The position numbers were made by a program, and so were the translations under genes. Shown piece after piece: positions 40,625 through 55,600 of a DNA stretch of 64,000 nt (positions are counted from its first letter, which is position 1; the number at the start of each line of letters is the position of its first letter). The notes under the pieces are model-generated. The model saw nothing but the letters and a program-made list of their open reading frames with translations, was not told the origin of the DNA and searched no databases. This stretch comes from Eledone cirrhosa (taxonomy: Eukaryota): positions 34,286,001-34,350,000 of the forward strand of contig OZ024758.1 of the NCBI GenBank assembly GCA_964016885.1, read 5' to 3'.

Positions 40625-43600
40625 ATGGTATTAGCTGTTAGAAGTAACTCCACTGTTGGTGAGAATTCATTTAAGTTCATGGTACTAGCTGTCAGAAGTA
40701 ACTCCACTGTTGGTGAGAATTCATTTAAGTTCATGGTATTAGCTGTCAGAAGTCACTCCAATGTTGGTGAGAATTCATTTAAGTTCGTGGTATAAGCTGT
40801 CAGAAGTAACTCCACTGTTGGTGAGAATTCATTTAAGTTCATGGTATTAGCTGTCAGAAGTAACTCCACTGTTGGTGAGAATTCATTTAAGTTCATGGTA
40901 TTAGCTGTCAGAAGTAACTCCACTGTTGGTGAGAATTCATTTAAGTTCATGGTATTAGCTGTCAGAAGGAACTCCAATGTTGGTGAGAATTCATTTAAGT
41001 CATGGTACTAGCTGTCACAAGTAACTCCACTGTTGGTGAGAATTCATTTAAGTTCATGGTATTAGCTGTCAGAAGGAACTCCACTGTTGGTGAGAATTCA
41101 TTTAAGTTCATGGTATTAGCTGTCAGAAGTAAGTCCACTGTTGGTGAGAATTCATTTAAGTTCATGGTACTGGTTGTCAGAAGTAACTCCACTGTTGGTA
41201 AGAATTCATTTTAGTTCATGGTATTAGTTGTCAGAAGTAACTCCACTGTTGGTGAGAATTCATTTAAGTCATGGTATTAGTTGTCAGAAGTAACTCCAAT
41301 GTTGGTGAGAATTCATTTAAGTTCATGGTACTAGCTGTCAGAAGTAACTCCACTGTTGGTGAGAATTCATTTAAGTTCATGGTATTAGCTGTCAGAAGTA
41401 ACTCCACTATTGGTGAGAATTCATTTAAGTCATAGTATTAGCTGTCAGAAGTAACTCCATTGTTGGTGAGAATTCATTTAAGTCATGGTACTAGCTGTCA
41501 GAAGTAACTCCAATGTTGATGAGAATTCATTTAAGTTCATGGTATTAGCTGTCAGAAGTAACTCCACTGTTGGTGAGAATTCATTTAAGTTCATGGTATT
41601 AGCTGTCAGAAGTAACTCCACTGTTGGTGAGAATTCATTTAAGTTCATGGTACTAGCTGTCAGAAGTAACTCCACTGTTGGTGAGAATTCATTTAAGTTC
41701 ATGGTATTAGTTTGTCAGAAGTAACTCCACTGTTGGTGAGAATTCATTTAAGTCATGGTATTAGTTGTCAGAAGTAACTCCAATGTTGGTGAGAATTCAT
41801 TTAAGTTCATGGTATTAGCTGTCAGAAGTAACTCCACTGTTGGTGAGAATTCATTTAAGTTCATGGTATTAGCTGTCAGAAGTAACTCCACTGTTGGTGA
41901 GAATTCATTTAAGTCATGGTATTAGCTGTCAGAAGTAACTCCATTGTTGGTGAGAATTCAATTAAGGCATGGTACTAGCTGTCAGAAGTAACTCCAATGT
42001 TGGTGAGAATTCATTTAAGTTCATGGTATTAGCTCTCAGAAGTAACTCCACTGTTGGTGAGAATTCATTTAAGTTCATGGTATTAGCTGTCAGAAGTAAC
42101 TCCACTGTTGGTGAGAATTCATTTAAGTTCATGGTATTAGCTATCAGAAGTAACTCCACTGTTGGTGAGAATTCATTTAAGTTCATGGTATTAGCTGTCA
42201 GAAGGAACTCCAATGTTGGTGAGAATTCATTTAAGTCATGGTACTAGCTGTCAGAAGTAACTCCACTGTTGGTGAGAATTCATTTAAGTTCATGGTATTA
42301 GCTGTCAGAAGGAACGCCACTGTTGGTGAGAATTCATTTAAGTTCATGGTATTAGCTGTCAGAAGTAACTCCACTGTTGGTGAGAATTCATTTAAGTTCA
42401 TGGTACTAGCTGTCAGAAGTAACTCCAATGTTGGTGAGAATTCATTTAAGTTTATGGTATTAGCTGTCAGAAGTAACTCCACTGTTGGTGAGAATTCATT
42501 TAAGTTCATGGTACTAGCTGTCAGAAGTAACTCCACTGTTGGTGAGAATTCATTTAAGTTCATGGTACTAGCTGTCAGAAGTAACTCCACTGTTGGTGAG
42601 AATTCATTTAAGTTCATGGTACTAGCTGTCAGAAGTAACTCCAATGTTGGTGAGAATTCATTTAAGTTCATGGTACTAGCTGTCAGAAGTAACCCCAATG
42701 TTGGTGAGAATTCATTTAAGTTCATGGTATTAGCTGTCAGAAGTCACTCCAATGTTGGTGAGAATTCGTTTAAGTCATGGTACTAGCTGTCAGAAGTAAC
42801 TCCAATGTTGGTGAGAATTCATTTAAGTTCATGGTATTAGCTCTCAGAAGTAACTCCACTGTTGGTGAGAATTCATTTAAGTTCATGGTATTAGCTGTTA
42901 GAAGTAACTCCACTGTTGGTGAGAATTCATTTAAGTTCATGGTACTAGCTGTCAGAAGTAACTCCACTGTTGGTGAGAATTCATTTAAGTTCATGGTATT
43001 AGCTGTCAGAAGTCACTCCAATGTTGGTGAGAATTCATTTAAGTTCGTGGTATAAGCTGTCAGAAGTAAATCCAATGTTGGTGAGAATTCATTTAAGTTC
43101 ATGGTATTAGCTGTTAGAAGTAACTCCACTGTTGGTGAGAATTCATTTAAGTTCATGGTACTAGCTGTCAGAAGTAACTCCACTGTTGGTGAGAATTCAT
43201 TTAAGTTCATGGTATTAGCTGTCAGAAGTCACTCCAATGTTGGTGAGAATTCATTTAAGTTCGTGGTATAAGCTGTCAGAAGTAACTCCACTGTTGGTGA
43301 GAATTCATTTAAGTTCATGGTATTAGCTGTCAGAAGTAACTCCACTGTTGGTGAGAATTCATTTAAGTTCATGGTATTAGCTGTCAGAAGTAACTCCACT
43401 GTTGGTGAGAATTCATTTAAGTTCATGGTATTAGCTGTCAGAAGGAACTCCAATGTTGGTGAGAATTCATTTAAGTCATGGTACTAGCTGTCAGAAGTAA
43501 CTCCACTGTTGGTGAGAATTCATTTAAGTTCATGGTATTAGCTGTCAGAAGGAACTCCACTGTTGGTGAGAATTCATTTAAGTTCATGGTATTAGCTGTC

Positions 43601-46600
43601 AGAAGTAAGTCCACTGTTGGTGAGAATTCATTTAAGTTCATGGTACTGGTTGTCAGAAGTAACTCCACTGTTGGTAAGAATTCATTTTAGTTCATGGTAT
43701 TAGTTGTCAGAAGTAACTCCACTGTTGGTGAGAATTCATTTAAGTCATGGTATTAGTTGTCAGAAGTAACTCCAATGTTGGTGAGAATTCATTTAAGTTC
43801 ATGGTACTAGCTGTCAGAAGTAACTCCACTGTTGGTGAGAATTCATTTAAGTTCATGGTATTAGCTGTCAGAAGTAACTCCACTATTGGTGAGAATTCAT
43901 TTAAGTCATGGTATTAGCTGTCAGAAGTAACTCCATTGTTGGTGAGAATTCATTTAAGTCATGGTACTAGCTGTCAGAAGTAACTCCAATGTTGATGAGA
44001 ATTCATTTAAGTTCATGGTATTAGCTGTCAGAAGTAACTCCACTGTTGGTGAGAATTCATTTAAGTTCATGGTATTAGCTGTCAGAAGTAACTCCACTGT
44101 TGGTGAGAATTCATTTAAGTTCATGGTACTAGCTGTCAGAAGTAACTCCACTGTTGGTGAGAATTCATTTAAGTTCATGGTATTAGTTTGTCAGAAGTAA
44201 CTCCACTGTTGGTGAGAATTCATTTAAGTCATGGTATTAGTTGTCAGAAGTAACTCCAATGTTGGTGAGAATTCATTTAAGTTCATGGTATTAGCTGTCA
44301 GAAGTAACTCCACTGTTGGTGAGAATTCATTTAAGTTCATGGTATTAGCTGTCAGAAGTAACTCCACTGTTGGTGAGAATTCATTTAAGTCATGGTATTA
44401 GCTGTCAGAAGTAACTCCATTGTTGGTGAGAATTCATTTAAGTCATGGTACTAGCTGTCAGAAGTAACTCCAATGTTGGTGAGAATTCATTTAAGTTCAT
44501 GGTATTAGCTCTCAGAAGTAACTCCACTGTTGGTGAGAATTCATTTAAGTTCATGGTATTAGCTGTCAGAAGTAACTCCACTGTTGGTGAGAATTCATTT
44601 AAGTTCATGGTATTAGCTGTCAGAAGTAACTCCACTGTTGGTGAGAATTCATTTAAGTTCATGGTATTAGCTGTCAGAAGGAACTCCAATGTTGGTGAGA
44701 ATTCATTTAAGTCATGGTACTAGCTGTCAGAAGTAACTCCACTGTTGGTGAGAATTCATTTAAGTTCATGGTATTAGCTGTCAGAAGGAACGCCACTGTT
44801 GGTGAGAATTCATTTAAGTTCATGGTATTAGCTGTCAGAAGTAACTCCACTGTTGGTGAGAATTCATTTAAGTTCATGGTACTAGCTGTCAGAAGTAACT
44901 CCAATGTTGGTGAGAATTCATTTAAGTTTATGGTATTAGCTGTCAGAAGTAACTCCACTGTTGGTGAGAATTCATTTAAGTTCATGGTACTAGCTGTCAG
45001 AAGTAACTCCACTGTTGGTGAGAATTCATTTAAGTTCATGGTACTAGCTGTCAGAAGTAACTCCACTGTTGGTGAGAATTCATTTAAGTTCATGGTACTA
45101 GCTGTCAGAAGTAACTCCAATGTTGGTGAGAATTCATTTAAGTTCATGGTATTAGCGGTCAGAAGTAACTCCACTGTTGGTGAGAATTCATTTAAGTTCA
45201 TGGTACTAGCTGTCAGAAGTAACTCCACTGTTGGTGAGAATTCATTTAAATTCATGGTATTAGCTGTCAGAAGTCACTCCAATGTTGGTGAGAATTCATT
45301 TAAGTTCATGGTATTAGCTGTCAGAAGTCACTCCACTGTTGGTGAGAATTCATTTAAGTTCATGGTACTAGCTGTCAGAAGTAACCCCAATGTTGGTGAG
45401 AATTCATTTAAGTTCATGGTATTAGCTGTCAGAAGTCACTCCAATGTTGGTGAGAATTCATTTAAGTCATGGTACTAGCTGTCAGAAGTAACTCCAATGT
45501 TGGTGAGAATTCATTTAAGTTCATGGTATTAGCTGTCAGAAGTCACTCCAATGTTGGTGAGAATTCATTTAAGTTCGTGGTATAAGCTGTCAGAAGTAAC
45601 TCCACTGTTGGTGAGAATTCATTTAAGTTCATGGTATTAGCTGTCAGAAGTAACTCCACTGTTGGTGAGAATTCATTTAAGTTCATGGTATTAGCTGTCA
45701 GAAGTAACTCCACTGTTGGTGAGAATTCATTTAAGTTCATGGTATTAGCTGTCAGAAGGAACTCCAATGTTGGTGAGAATTCATTTAAGTCATGGTACTA
45801 GCTGTCAGAAGTAACTCCACTGTTGGTGAGAATTCATTTAAGTTCATGGTATTAGCTGTCAGAAGGAACTCCACTGTTGGTGAGAATTCATTTAAGTTCA
45901 TGGTACTGGTTGTCAGAAGTAACTCCACTGTTGGTAAGAATTCATTTTAGTTCATGGTATTAGTTGTCAGAAGTAACTCCACTGTTGGTGAGAATTCATT
46001 TAAGTCATGGTATTAGTTGTCAGAAGTAACTCCAATGTTGGTGAGAATTCATTTAAGTTCATGGTACTAGCTGTCAGAAGTAACTCCACTGTTGGTGAGA
46101 ATTCATTTAAGTTCATGGTATTAGCTGTCAGAAGTAACTCCACTATTGGTGAGAATTCATTTAAGTCATGGTATTAGCTGTCAGAAGTAACTCCATTGTT
46201 GGTGAGAATTCATTTAAGTCATGGTACTAGCTGTCAGAAGTAACTCCAATGTTGATGAGAATTCATTTAAGTTCATGGTATTAGCTGTCAGAAGTAACTC
46301 CACTGTTGGTGAGAATTCATTTAAGTTCATGGTATTAGCTGTCAGAAGTAACTCCACTGTTGGTGAGAATTCATTTAAGTTCATGGTACTAGCTGTCAGA
46401 AGTAACTCCACTGTTGGTGAGAATTCATTTAAGTTCATGGTATTAGTTTGTCAGAAGTAACTCCACTGTTGGTGAGAATTCATTTAAGTCATGGTATTAG
46501 TTGTCAGAAGTAACTCCAATGTTGGTGAGAATTCATTTAAGTTCATGGTATTAGCTGTCAGAAGTAACTCCACTGTTGGTGAGAATTCATTTAAGTTCAT

Positions 46601-48960
46601 GGTATTAGCTGTCAGAAGTAACTCCACTGTTGGTGAGAATTCATTTAAGTCATGGTATTAGCTGTCAGAAGTAATTCCATTGTTGGTGAGAATTCATTTA
46701 AGTCATGGTACTAGCTGTCAGAAGTAACTCCAATGTTGGTGAGAATTCATTTAAGTTCATGGTATTAGCTCTCAGAAGTAACTCCACTGTTGGTGAGAAT
46801 TCATTTAAGTTCATGGTATTAGCTGTCAGAAGTAACTCCACTGTTGGTGAGAATTCATTTAAGTTCATGGTATTAGCTGTCAGAAGTAACTCCACTGTTG
46901 GTGAGAATTCATTTAAGTTCATGGTATTAGCTGTCAGAAGGAACTCCAATTTGGTGAGAATTCATTTAAGTCATGGTACTAGCTGTCAGAAGTAACTCCA
47001 CTGTTGGTGAGAATTCATTTAAGTTCATGGTATTAGCTGTCAGAAGGAACGCCACTGTTGGTGAGAATTCATTTAAGTTCATGGTATTAGCTGTCAGAAG
47101 TAACTCCACTGTTTGTGAGAATTCATTTAAGTTCATGGTACTAGCTGTCAGAAGTAACTCCAATGTTGGTGAGAATTCATTTAAGTTTATGGTATTAGCT
47201 GTCAGAAGTAACTCCACTGTTGGTGAGAATTCATTTAAGTTCATGGTACTAGCTGTCAGAAGTAACTCCACTGTTGGTGAGAATTCATTTAAGTTCATGG
47301 TACTAGCTGTCAGAAGTAACTCCACTGTTGGTGAGAATTCATTTAAGTTCATGGTACTAGCTGTCAGAAGTAACTCCAATGTTGGTGAGAATTCATTTAA
47401 GTTCATGGTATTAGCGGTCAGAAGTAACTCCACTGTTGGTGAGAATTCATTTAAGTTCATGGTACTAGCTGTCAGAAGTAACTCCACTGTTGGTGAGAAT
47501 TCATTTAAATTCATGGTATTAGCTGTCAGAAGTCACTCCAATGTTGGTGAGAATTCATTTAAGTTCATGGTATTAGCTGTCAGAAGTCACTCCACTGTTG
47601 GTGAGAATTCATTTAAGTTCATGGTACTAGCTGTCAGAAGTAACCCCAATGTTGGTGAGAATTCATTTAAGTTCATGGTATTAGCTGTCAGAAGTCACTC
47701 CAATGTTGGTGAGAATTCATTTAAGTCATGGTACTAGCTGTCAGAAGTAACTCCAATGTTGGTGAGAATTCATTTAAGTTCATGGTATTAGCTCTCAGAA
47801 GTAACTCCACTGTTGGTGAGAATTCATTTAAGTTCATGGTATTAGCTGTCAGAAGTAACTCCACTGTTGGTGAGAATTCATTTAAGTTCATGGTATTAGC
47901 TGTCAGAAGTAACTCCACTGTTGGTGAGAATTCATTTAAGTTCATGGTATTAGCTGTCAGAAGTAACTCCACTGTTGGTGAGAATTCATTTAAGTTCATG
48001 GTATTAGTTTGTCAGAAGTAACTCCACTGTTGGTGAGAATTCATTTAAGTCATGGTATTAGTTGTCAGAAGTAACTCCAATGTTGGTGAGAATTCATTTA
48101 AGTTCATGGTATTAGCTGTCAGAAGTAACTCCAATGTTGGTGAGAATTCATTTAAGTCATGGTACTAGCTGTCAGAAGTAACTCCACTGTTGGTGAGAAT
48201 TCATTTAAGTTCCTGGTACTAGCTGTCAGAAGTAACTCCACTGTTGGTGAGAATTCATTTAAGTCATGGTATTAGTTGTCAGAAGTAACTCCAATGTTGG
48301 TGAGAATTCGTTTAAGTTCATGGTACTAGCTGTCAGAAGTAACTCCACTGTTGGTGAGAATTCATTTAAGTTCATGGTATTAGCTGTCAGAAGTAACTCC
48401 ACTGTTGGTGAGAATTCATTTAAGTCATGGTATTAGCTGTCAGAAGTAACTCCATTGTTGGTGAGAATTCATTGAAGTCATGGTACTAGCTGTCAGAAGT
48501 AACTCCAATGTTGATGAGAATTCATTTAAGTTCATGGTATTAGCTGTCAGAAGTAACTCCACTGTTGGTGAGAATTCATTTAAGTTCATGGTATTTGCTG
48601 TCAGAAGTAACTCCACTGTTGGTGAGAATTCATTTAAGTTCATGGTACTAGCTGTCAGAAGTAACTCCACTGTTGGTGAGAATTCATTTAAGTTCATGGT
48701 ATTAGTTTGTCAGAAGTAACTCCACTGTTGGTGAGAATTCATTTAAGTCATGGTATTAGTTGTCAGAAGTAACTCCAATGTTGGTGAGAATTCATTTAAG
48801 TTCATGGTATTAGCTGTCAGAAGTAACTCCACTGTTGGTGAGAATTCATTTAAGTTCATGGTATTAGCTGTCAGAAGTAACTCCACTGTTGGTGAGAATT
48901 CATTTAAGTCATGGTATTAGCTGTCAGAAGTAACTCCATTGTTGGTGAGAATTCATTTAA
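40625..48960. repeat. Serial higher-order repeats, offsets 2476 bp (46 monomers) then 2259-2260 bp (42 monomers)
   Basis: ORF starts 41002/43478, 41485/43961, 41969/44445 and 42238/44714 (2476), then 43961/46221/48480, 44445/46705 and 44714/46973 (2259-2260). TAGCGGTC and TTTAAATTC are shared at ~45153/47412 and ~45245/47504. Confidence 0.85.
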
Positions 48961-50579
48961 GTCATGGTACTAGCTGTCAGAAGTAACTCCACTGTTGGTG
49001 AGAATTCATTTAAGTTCCTGGTACTAGCTGTCAGAAGTAACTCCACTGTTGGTGAGAATTCATTTAAGTTCATGGTACTAGCTGTCAGAAGTAACTCCAC
49101 TGTTGGTGAGAATTCATTTAAGTTCATGGTACTAGCTGTCAGAAGTAACTCCACTGTTGGTGAGAATTCATTTAAGTTCATGGTATTAGTTTGTCAGAAG
49201 TAACTCCACTGTTGGTGAGAATTCATTTAAGTCATGGTATTAGTTGTCAGAAGTAACTCCAATGTTGGTGAGAATTCATTTAAGTCATGGTACTAGCTGT
49301 CAGAAGTAACTCCAATGTTGGTGAGAATTCATTTAAGTTCATGGTATTAGCTCTCGGAAGTAACTCCACTGTTGGTGAGAATTCATTTAAGTTCATGGTA
49401 TTAGCTGTCAGAAGTAACTCCACTGTTGGTGAGAATTCATTTAATTCATGGTATTAGCTGTCAGAAGTAACTCCACTGTTGGTGAGAATTCATTTAAGTT
49501 CATGGTATTAGCTGTCAGAAGGAACTCCAATGTTGGTGAGAATTCATTTAAGTCATGGTACTAGCTGCCAGAAGTAACTCCACTGTTGGTGAGAATTCAT
49601 TTAAGTTCATGGTATTAGCTGTCAGAAGGAACGCCACTGTTGGTGAGAATTCATTTAAGTTCATGGTATTAGCTGTCAGAAGTAACTCCACGGTTGGTGA
49701 GAATTCATTTAAGTTCATGGTACTAGCTGTCAGAAGTAACTTCAATGTTGGTGAGAATTCATTTAAGTTCATGGTATTAGCTGTCAGAAGTAACTCCACT
49801 GTTGGTGAGAATTCATTTAAGTTCATGGTACTAGCTGTCAGAAGTAACTCCACTGTTGGTGAGAATTCATTTAAGTTCATGGTATTAGCTGTCAGAAGTC
49901 ACTCCAATGTTGGTGAGAATTCATTTAAGTTCATGGTATTAGCTGTCAGAAGTCACTCCACTGTTGGTGAGAATTCATTTAAGTTCATGGTACTAGCTGT
50001 CAGAAGTAACCCCAATGTTGGTGAGAATTCATTTAAGTTCATGGTATTAGCTGTCAGAAGTCACTCCAATGTTGGTGAGAATTCATTTAAGTTCGTGGTA
50101 TTAGCTGTCAGAAGTAACTCCACTGTTGGTGAGAATTCATTTAAGTTCATGGTATTAGCTGTCAGAAGTAACTCCACTGTTGGTGAGAATTCATTTAAGT
50201 TCATTGTATTAGCTGTCAGAAGTAACTCCACTGTTGGTGAGAATTCATTTAAGTTCATGGTATTAGCTGTCAGAAGGAACACCAATGTTGGTGAGAATTC
50301 ATTTAAGTCATGGTACTAGCTGTCAGAAGTAACTCCAATGTTGGTGAGAATTCATTTAAGTTCATGGTATTAGCTCTCAGAAGTAACTCCACTGTTGGTG
50401 AGAATTCATTTAAGTTCATGGTATTAGCTGTCAGAAGTAACTCCACTGTTGGTGAGAATTCATTTAAGTTCATGGTATTAGCTGTCAGAAGTAACTCCAC
50501 TGTTGGTGAGAATTCATTTAAGTTCATGGTATTAGCTGTCAGAAGTAACTCCACTGTTGGTGAGAATTCATTTAAGTTC

Positions 50580-52623
50580 ATGGTATTAGTTTGTCAGAAG
50601 TAACTCCACTGTTGGTGAGAATTCATTTAAGTCATGGTATTAGTTGTCAGAAGTAACTCCAATGTTGGTGAGAATTCATTTAAGTTCATGGTATTAGCTG
50701 TCAGAAGTAACTCCAATGTTGGTGAGAGATCATTTAAGTTCATGGTATTAGCTGTCAGAAGTAACTCCACTGTTGGTGAGAATTCATTTTAGTTCATGGT
50801 ATTAGTTGTCAGAAGTAACTCCACTGTTGGTGAGAATTCATTTAAGTCATGGTATTAGTTGTCAGAAGTAACTCCAATGTCGGTGAGAATTCATTTAAGT
50901 TCATGGTATTAGCTGTCAGAAGTAACTCCACTGTTGGTGAGAATTCATTTAAGTTCATGGTATTAGTTTGTCAGAAGTAACTCCACTGTTGGTGAGAATT
51001 CATTTAAGTCATGGTATTAGTTGTCAGAAGTAACTCCAATGTTGGTGAGAATTCATTTAAGTTCATGGTATTAGCTGTCAGAAGTAACTCCACTGTTGGT
51101 GAGAATTCATTTAAGTTCATGGTATTAGCTGTCAGAAGTAACTCCACTGTTGGTGAGAATTCATTTAAGTCATGGTATTAGCTGTCAGAAGTAACTCCAT
51201 TGTTGGTGAGAATTCATTTAAGTCATGGTACTAGCTGTCAGAAGTAACTCCACTGTTGGTGAGAATTCATTTAAGTTCCTGGTACTAGCTGTCAGAAGTA
51301 ACTCCACTGTTGGTGAGAATTCATTTAAGTTCATGGTATTAGTTTGTCAGAAGTAACTCCACTGTTGGTGAGAATTCATTTAAGTCATGGTATTAGTTGT
51401 CAGAAGTAACTCCAATGTTGGTGAGAATTCATTTAAGTCATGGTACTAGCTGTCAGAAGTAACTCCAATGTTGGTGAGAATTCATTTAAGTTCATGGTAT
51501 TAGCTCTCAGAAGTAACTCCACTGTTGGTGAGAATTCATTTAAGTTCATGGTATTAGCTGTCAGAAGTAACTCCACTGTTGGTGAGAATTCATTTAAGTT
51601 CATGGTATTAGTTTGTCAGAAGTAACTCCACTGTTGGTGAGAATTCATTTAAGTCATGGTATTAGTTGTCAGAAGTAACTCCAATGTTGGTGAGAATTCA
51701 TTTAAGTTCATGGTATTAGCTGTCAGAAGTAACTCCAATGTTGGTGAGAGATCATTTAAGTTCATGGTATTAGCTGTCAGAAGTAACTCCACTGTTGGTG
51801 AGAATTCATTTTAGTTCATGGTATTAGTTGTCAGAAGTAACTCCACTGTTGGTGAGAATTCATTTAAGTCATGGTATTAGTTGTCAGAAGTAACTCCAAT
51901 GTTGGTGAGAATTCATTTAAGTTCATGGTATTAGCTGTCAGAAGTAACTCCACTGTTGGTGAGAATTCATTTAAGTTCATGGTATTAGTTTGTCAGAAGT
52001 AACTCCACTGTTGGTGAGAATTCATTTAAGTCATGGTATTAGTTGTCAGAAGTAACTCCAATGTTGGTGAGAATTCATTTAAGTTCATGGTATTAGCTGT
52101 CAGAAGTAACTCCACTGTTGGTGAGAATTCATTTAAGTTCATGGTATTAGCTGTCAGAAGTAACTCCACTGTTGGTGAGAATTCATTTAAGTCATGGTAT
52201 TAGCTGTCAGAAGTAACTCCATTGTTGGTGAGAATTCATTTAAGTCATGGTACTAGCTGTCAGAAGTAACTCCACTGTTGGTGAGAATTCATTTAAGTTC
52301 CTGGTACTAGCTGTCAGAAGTAACTCCACTGTTGGTGAGAATTCATTTAAGTTCATGGTATTAGTTTGTCAGAAGTATCTCCACTGTTGGTGAGAATTCA
52401 TTTAAGTCATGGTATTAGTTGTCAGAAGTAACTCCAATGTTGGTGAGAATTCATTTAAGTCATGGTACTAGCTGTCAGAAGTAACTCCAATGTTGGTGAG
52501 AATTCATTTAAGTTCATGGTATTAGCTCTCAGAAGTAACTCCATTGTTGGTGAGAATTCATTTAAGTTCATGGTATTAGCTGTCAGAAGTAACTCCACTG
52601 TTGGTGAGAATTCATTTAAGTTC
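50580..52623. repeat. Tandem duplication of a 1022-bp (19-monomer) indel-rich block
   Basis: ORF ends 50603/51625 and starts 51440/52462. GAGAGATC occurs at 50724 and 51746, and TTCCTGG occurs in both copies. Confidence 0.88.
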
Positions 52624-52677
52624 ATGGTATTAGCTGTCAGAAGTAACTCCACTGTTGGTGAGAATTCATTTAAGTTC

Positions 52678-55600
52678 ATGGTATTAGCTGTCAGAAGGAA
52701 CTCCAATGTTGGTGAGAATTCATTTAAGTCATGGTACTAGCTGTCAGAAGTAACTCCACTGTTGGTGAGAATTCATTTAAGTTCATGGTATTAGCTGTCA
52801 GAAGGAACGCCACTGTTGGTGAGAATTCATTTAAGTTCATGGTATTAGCTGTCAGAAGTAACTCCACTGTTGGTAAGAATTCATTTAAGTTCATGGTACT
52901 AGCTGTCAGAAGTAACTCCACTGTTGGTGAGAATTCATTTAAGTTCATGGTACTAGCTGTCAGAAGTAACCCCACTGTTGGTGAGAATTCATTTAAGTTC
53001 ATGGTACTAGCTCTCAGATGTAACTCCACTGTTGGTGAGAATTCATTTAAGTTCATGGTACTAGCTGTCAGAAGTAACTCCAATGTTGGTGAGAATTCAT
53101 TTAAGTTCATGGTATTAGCTGTCAGAAGTAACTCCACTGTTGGTGAGAATTCATTTAAGTTCATGGTACTAGCTGTCAGAAGTAACTCCACTGTTGGTGA
53201 GAATTCATTTAAGTTAATGGTATTAGCTGTCAGAAGTCACTCCAATGTTGGTGAGAATTCATTTAAGTTCATGGTATTAGCTGTCAGAAGTCACTCCACT
53301 GTTGGTGACAATTCATTTAAGTTCATGGTACTAGCTGTCAGAAGTAACCCCAATGTTGGTGAGAATTCATTTAAGTTCATGGTATTAGCTGTCAGAAGTC
53401 ACTCCAATGTTGGTGAGAATTCATTTAAGTTTGTGGTATTAGCTGTCAGAAGTAACTCCACTGTTGGTGAGAATTCATTTAAGTTCATTGTATTAGCTGT
53501 CAGAAGTAACTCCACTGTTGGTGAGAATTCATTTAAGTTCATGGTATTAGCTGTCAGAAGGAACTCCAATGTTGGTGAGAATTCATTTAAGTCATGGTAC
53601 TAGCTGTCAGAAGTAACTCCAATGTTGGTGAGAATTCATTTAAGTTCATGGTATTAGCTCTCAGAAGTAACTCCACTGTTGGTGAGAATTCATTTAAGTT
53701 CATGGTATTAGCTGTCAGAAGTAACTCCACTGTTGGTGAGAATTCATTTAAGTTCATGGTATTAGCTGTCAGAAGTAACTCCACTGTTGGTGAGAATTCA
53801 TTTAAGTTCATGGTATTAGCTGTCAGAAGTAACTCCACTGTTGGTGAGAATTCATTTAAGTTCATGGTATTAGTTTGTCAGAAGTAACTCCACTGTTGGT
53901 GAGAATTCATTTACGTCATGGTATTAGCTGTCAGAAGTAACTCCAATGTTGGTGAGAGATCATTTAAGTTCATGGTATTAGCTGTCAGAAGTAACTCCAC
54001 TGTTGGTGAGAATTCATTTAAGTTCATGGTATTAGCTGTCAGAAGTAACTCCACTGTTGGTGAGAATTCATTTAAGTTCATGGTACTAGCTGTCAGAAGT
54101 AACTCCACTGTTGGTAAGAATTCATTTTAGTTCATGGTATTAGTTGTCAGAAGTAACTCCACTGTTGGTGAGAATTCATTTAAGTCATGGTATTAGTTGT
54201 CAGAAGTAACTCCAATGTTGGTGAGAATTCATTTAAGTTCATGGTACTAGCTGTCAGAAGTAACTCCACTGTTGGTGAGAATTCATTTAAGTTCATGGTA
54301 TTAGCTGTCAGAAGTAACTCCACTGTTGGTGAGAATTCATTTAAGTCATGGTATTAGCTGTCAGAAGTAACTCCATTGTTGGTGAGAATTCATTTAAGTC
54401 ATGGTACTAGCTGTCAGAAGTAACTCCAATGTTGGTGAGAATTCATTTAAGTTCATGGTATTAGCTGTCAGAAGTAACTCCACTGTTGGTGAGAATTCAT
54501 TTAAGTTCATGGTATTAGCTGTCAGAAGTAACTCCACTGTTGGTGAGAATTCATTTAAGTTCATGGTACTAGCTGTCAGAAGTAACTCCACTGTTGGTGA
54601 GAATTCATTTAAGTTCATGGTATTAGCTGTCAGAAGTAACTCCAATGTTGGTGAGAATTCATTTAAGTTCATGGTATTAGCTGTCAGAAGTAACTCCACT
54701 GTTGGTGAGAATTCATTTAAGTTCATGGTACTAGCTGTCAGAAGTAACTCCACTGTTGGTGAGAATTCATTTAAGTTCATGGTATTAGTTTGTCAGAAGT
54801 AACTCCACTGTTGGTGAGAATTCATTTAAGTCATGGTATTAGTTGTCAGAAGTAACTCCAATGTTGGTGAGAATTCATTTAAGTTCATGGTATTAGCTGT
54901 CAGAAGTAACTCCACTGTTGGTGAGAATTCATTTAAGTCATGGTACTAGCTGTCAGAAGTAACTCCACTGTTGGTGAGAATTCATTTAAGTTCATGGTAT
55001 TAGCTGTCAGAAGGAACTCCAATGTTGGTGAGAATTCATTTAAGTCATGGTACTAGCTGTCAGAAGTAACTCCACTGTTGGTGAGAATTCATTTAAGTTC
55101 ATGGTATTAGCTGTCAGAAGGAACGCCACTGTTGGTGAGAATTCATTTAAGTTCATGGTATTAGCTGTCAGAAGTAACTCCACTGTTGGTGAGAATTTAT
55201 TTAAGTTCATGGTACTAGCTGTCAGAAGTAACTCCACTGTTGGTGAGAATTCATTTAAGTTCATGGTACTAGCTGTCAGAAGTAACCCCACTGTTGGTGA
55301 GAATTCATTTAAGTTCATGGTACTAGCTCTCAGATGTAACTCCACTGTTGGTGAGAATTCATTTAAGTTCATGGTACTAGCTGTCAGAAGTAACTCCAAT
55401 GTTGGTGAGAATTCATTTAAGTTCATGGTATTAGCTGTCAGAAGTAACTCCACTGTTGGTGAGAATTCATTTAAGTTCATGGTACTAGCTGTCAGAAGTA
55501 ACTCCACTGTTGGTGAGAATTCATTTAAGTTAATGGTATTAGCTGTCAGAAGTCACTCCAATGTTGGTGAGAATTCATTTAAGTTCATGGTATTAGCTGT

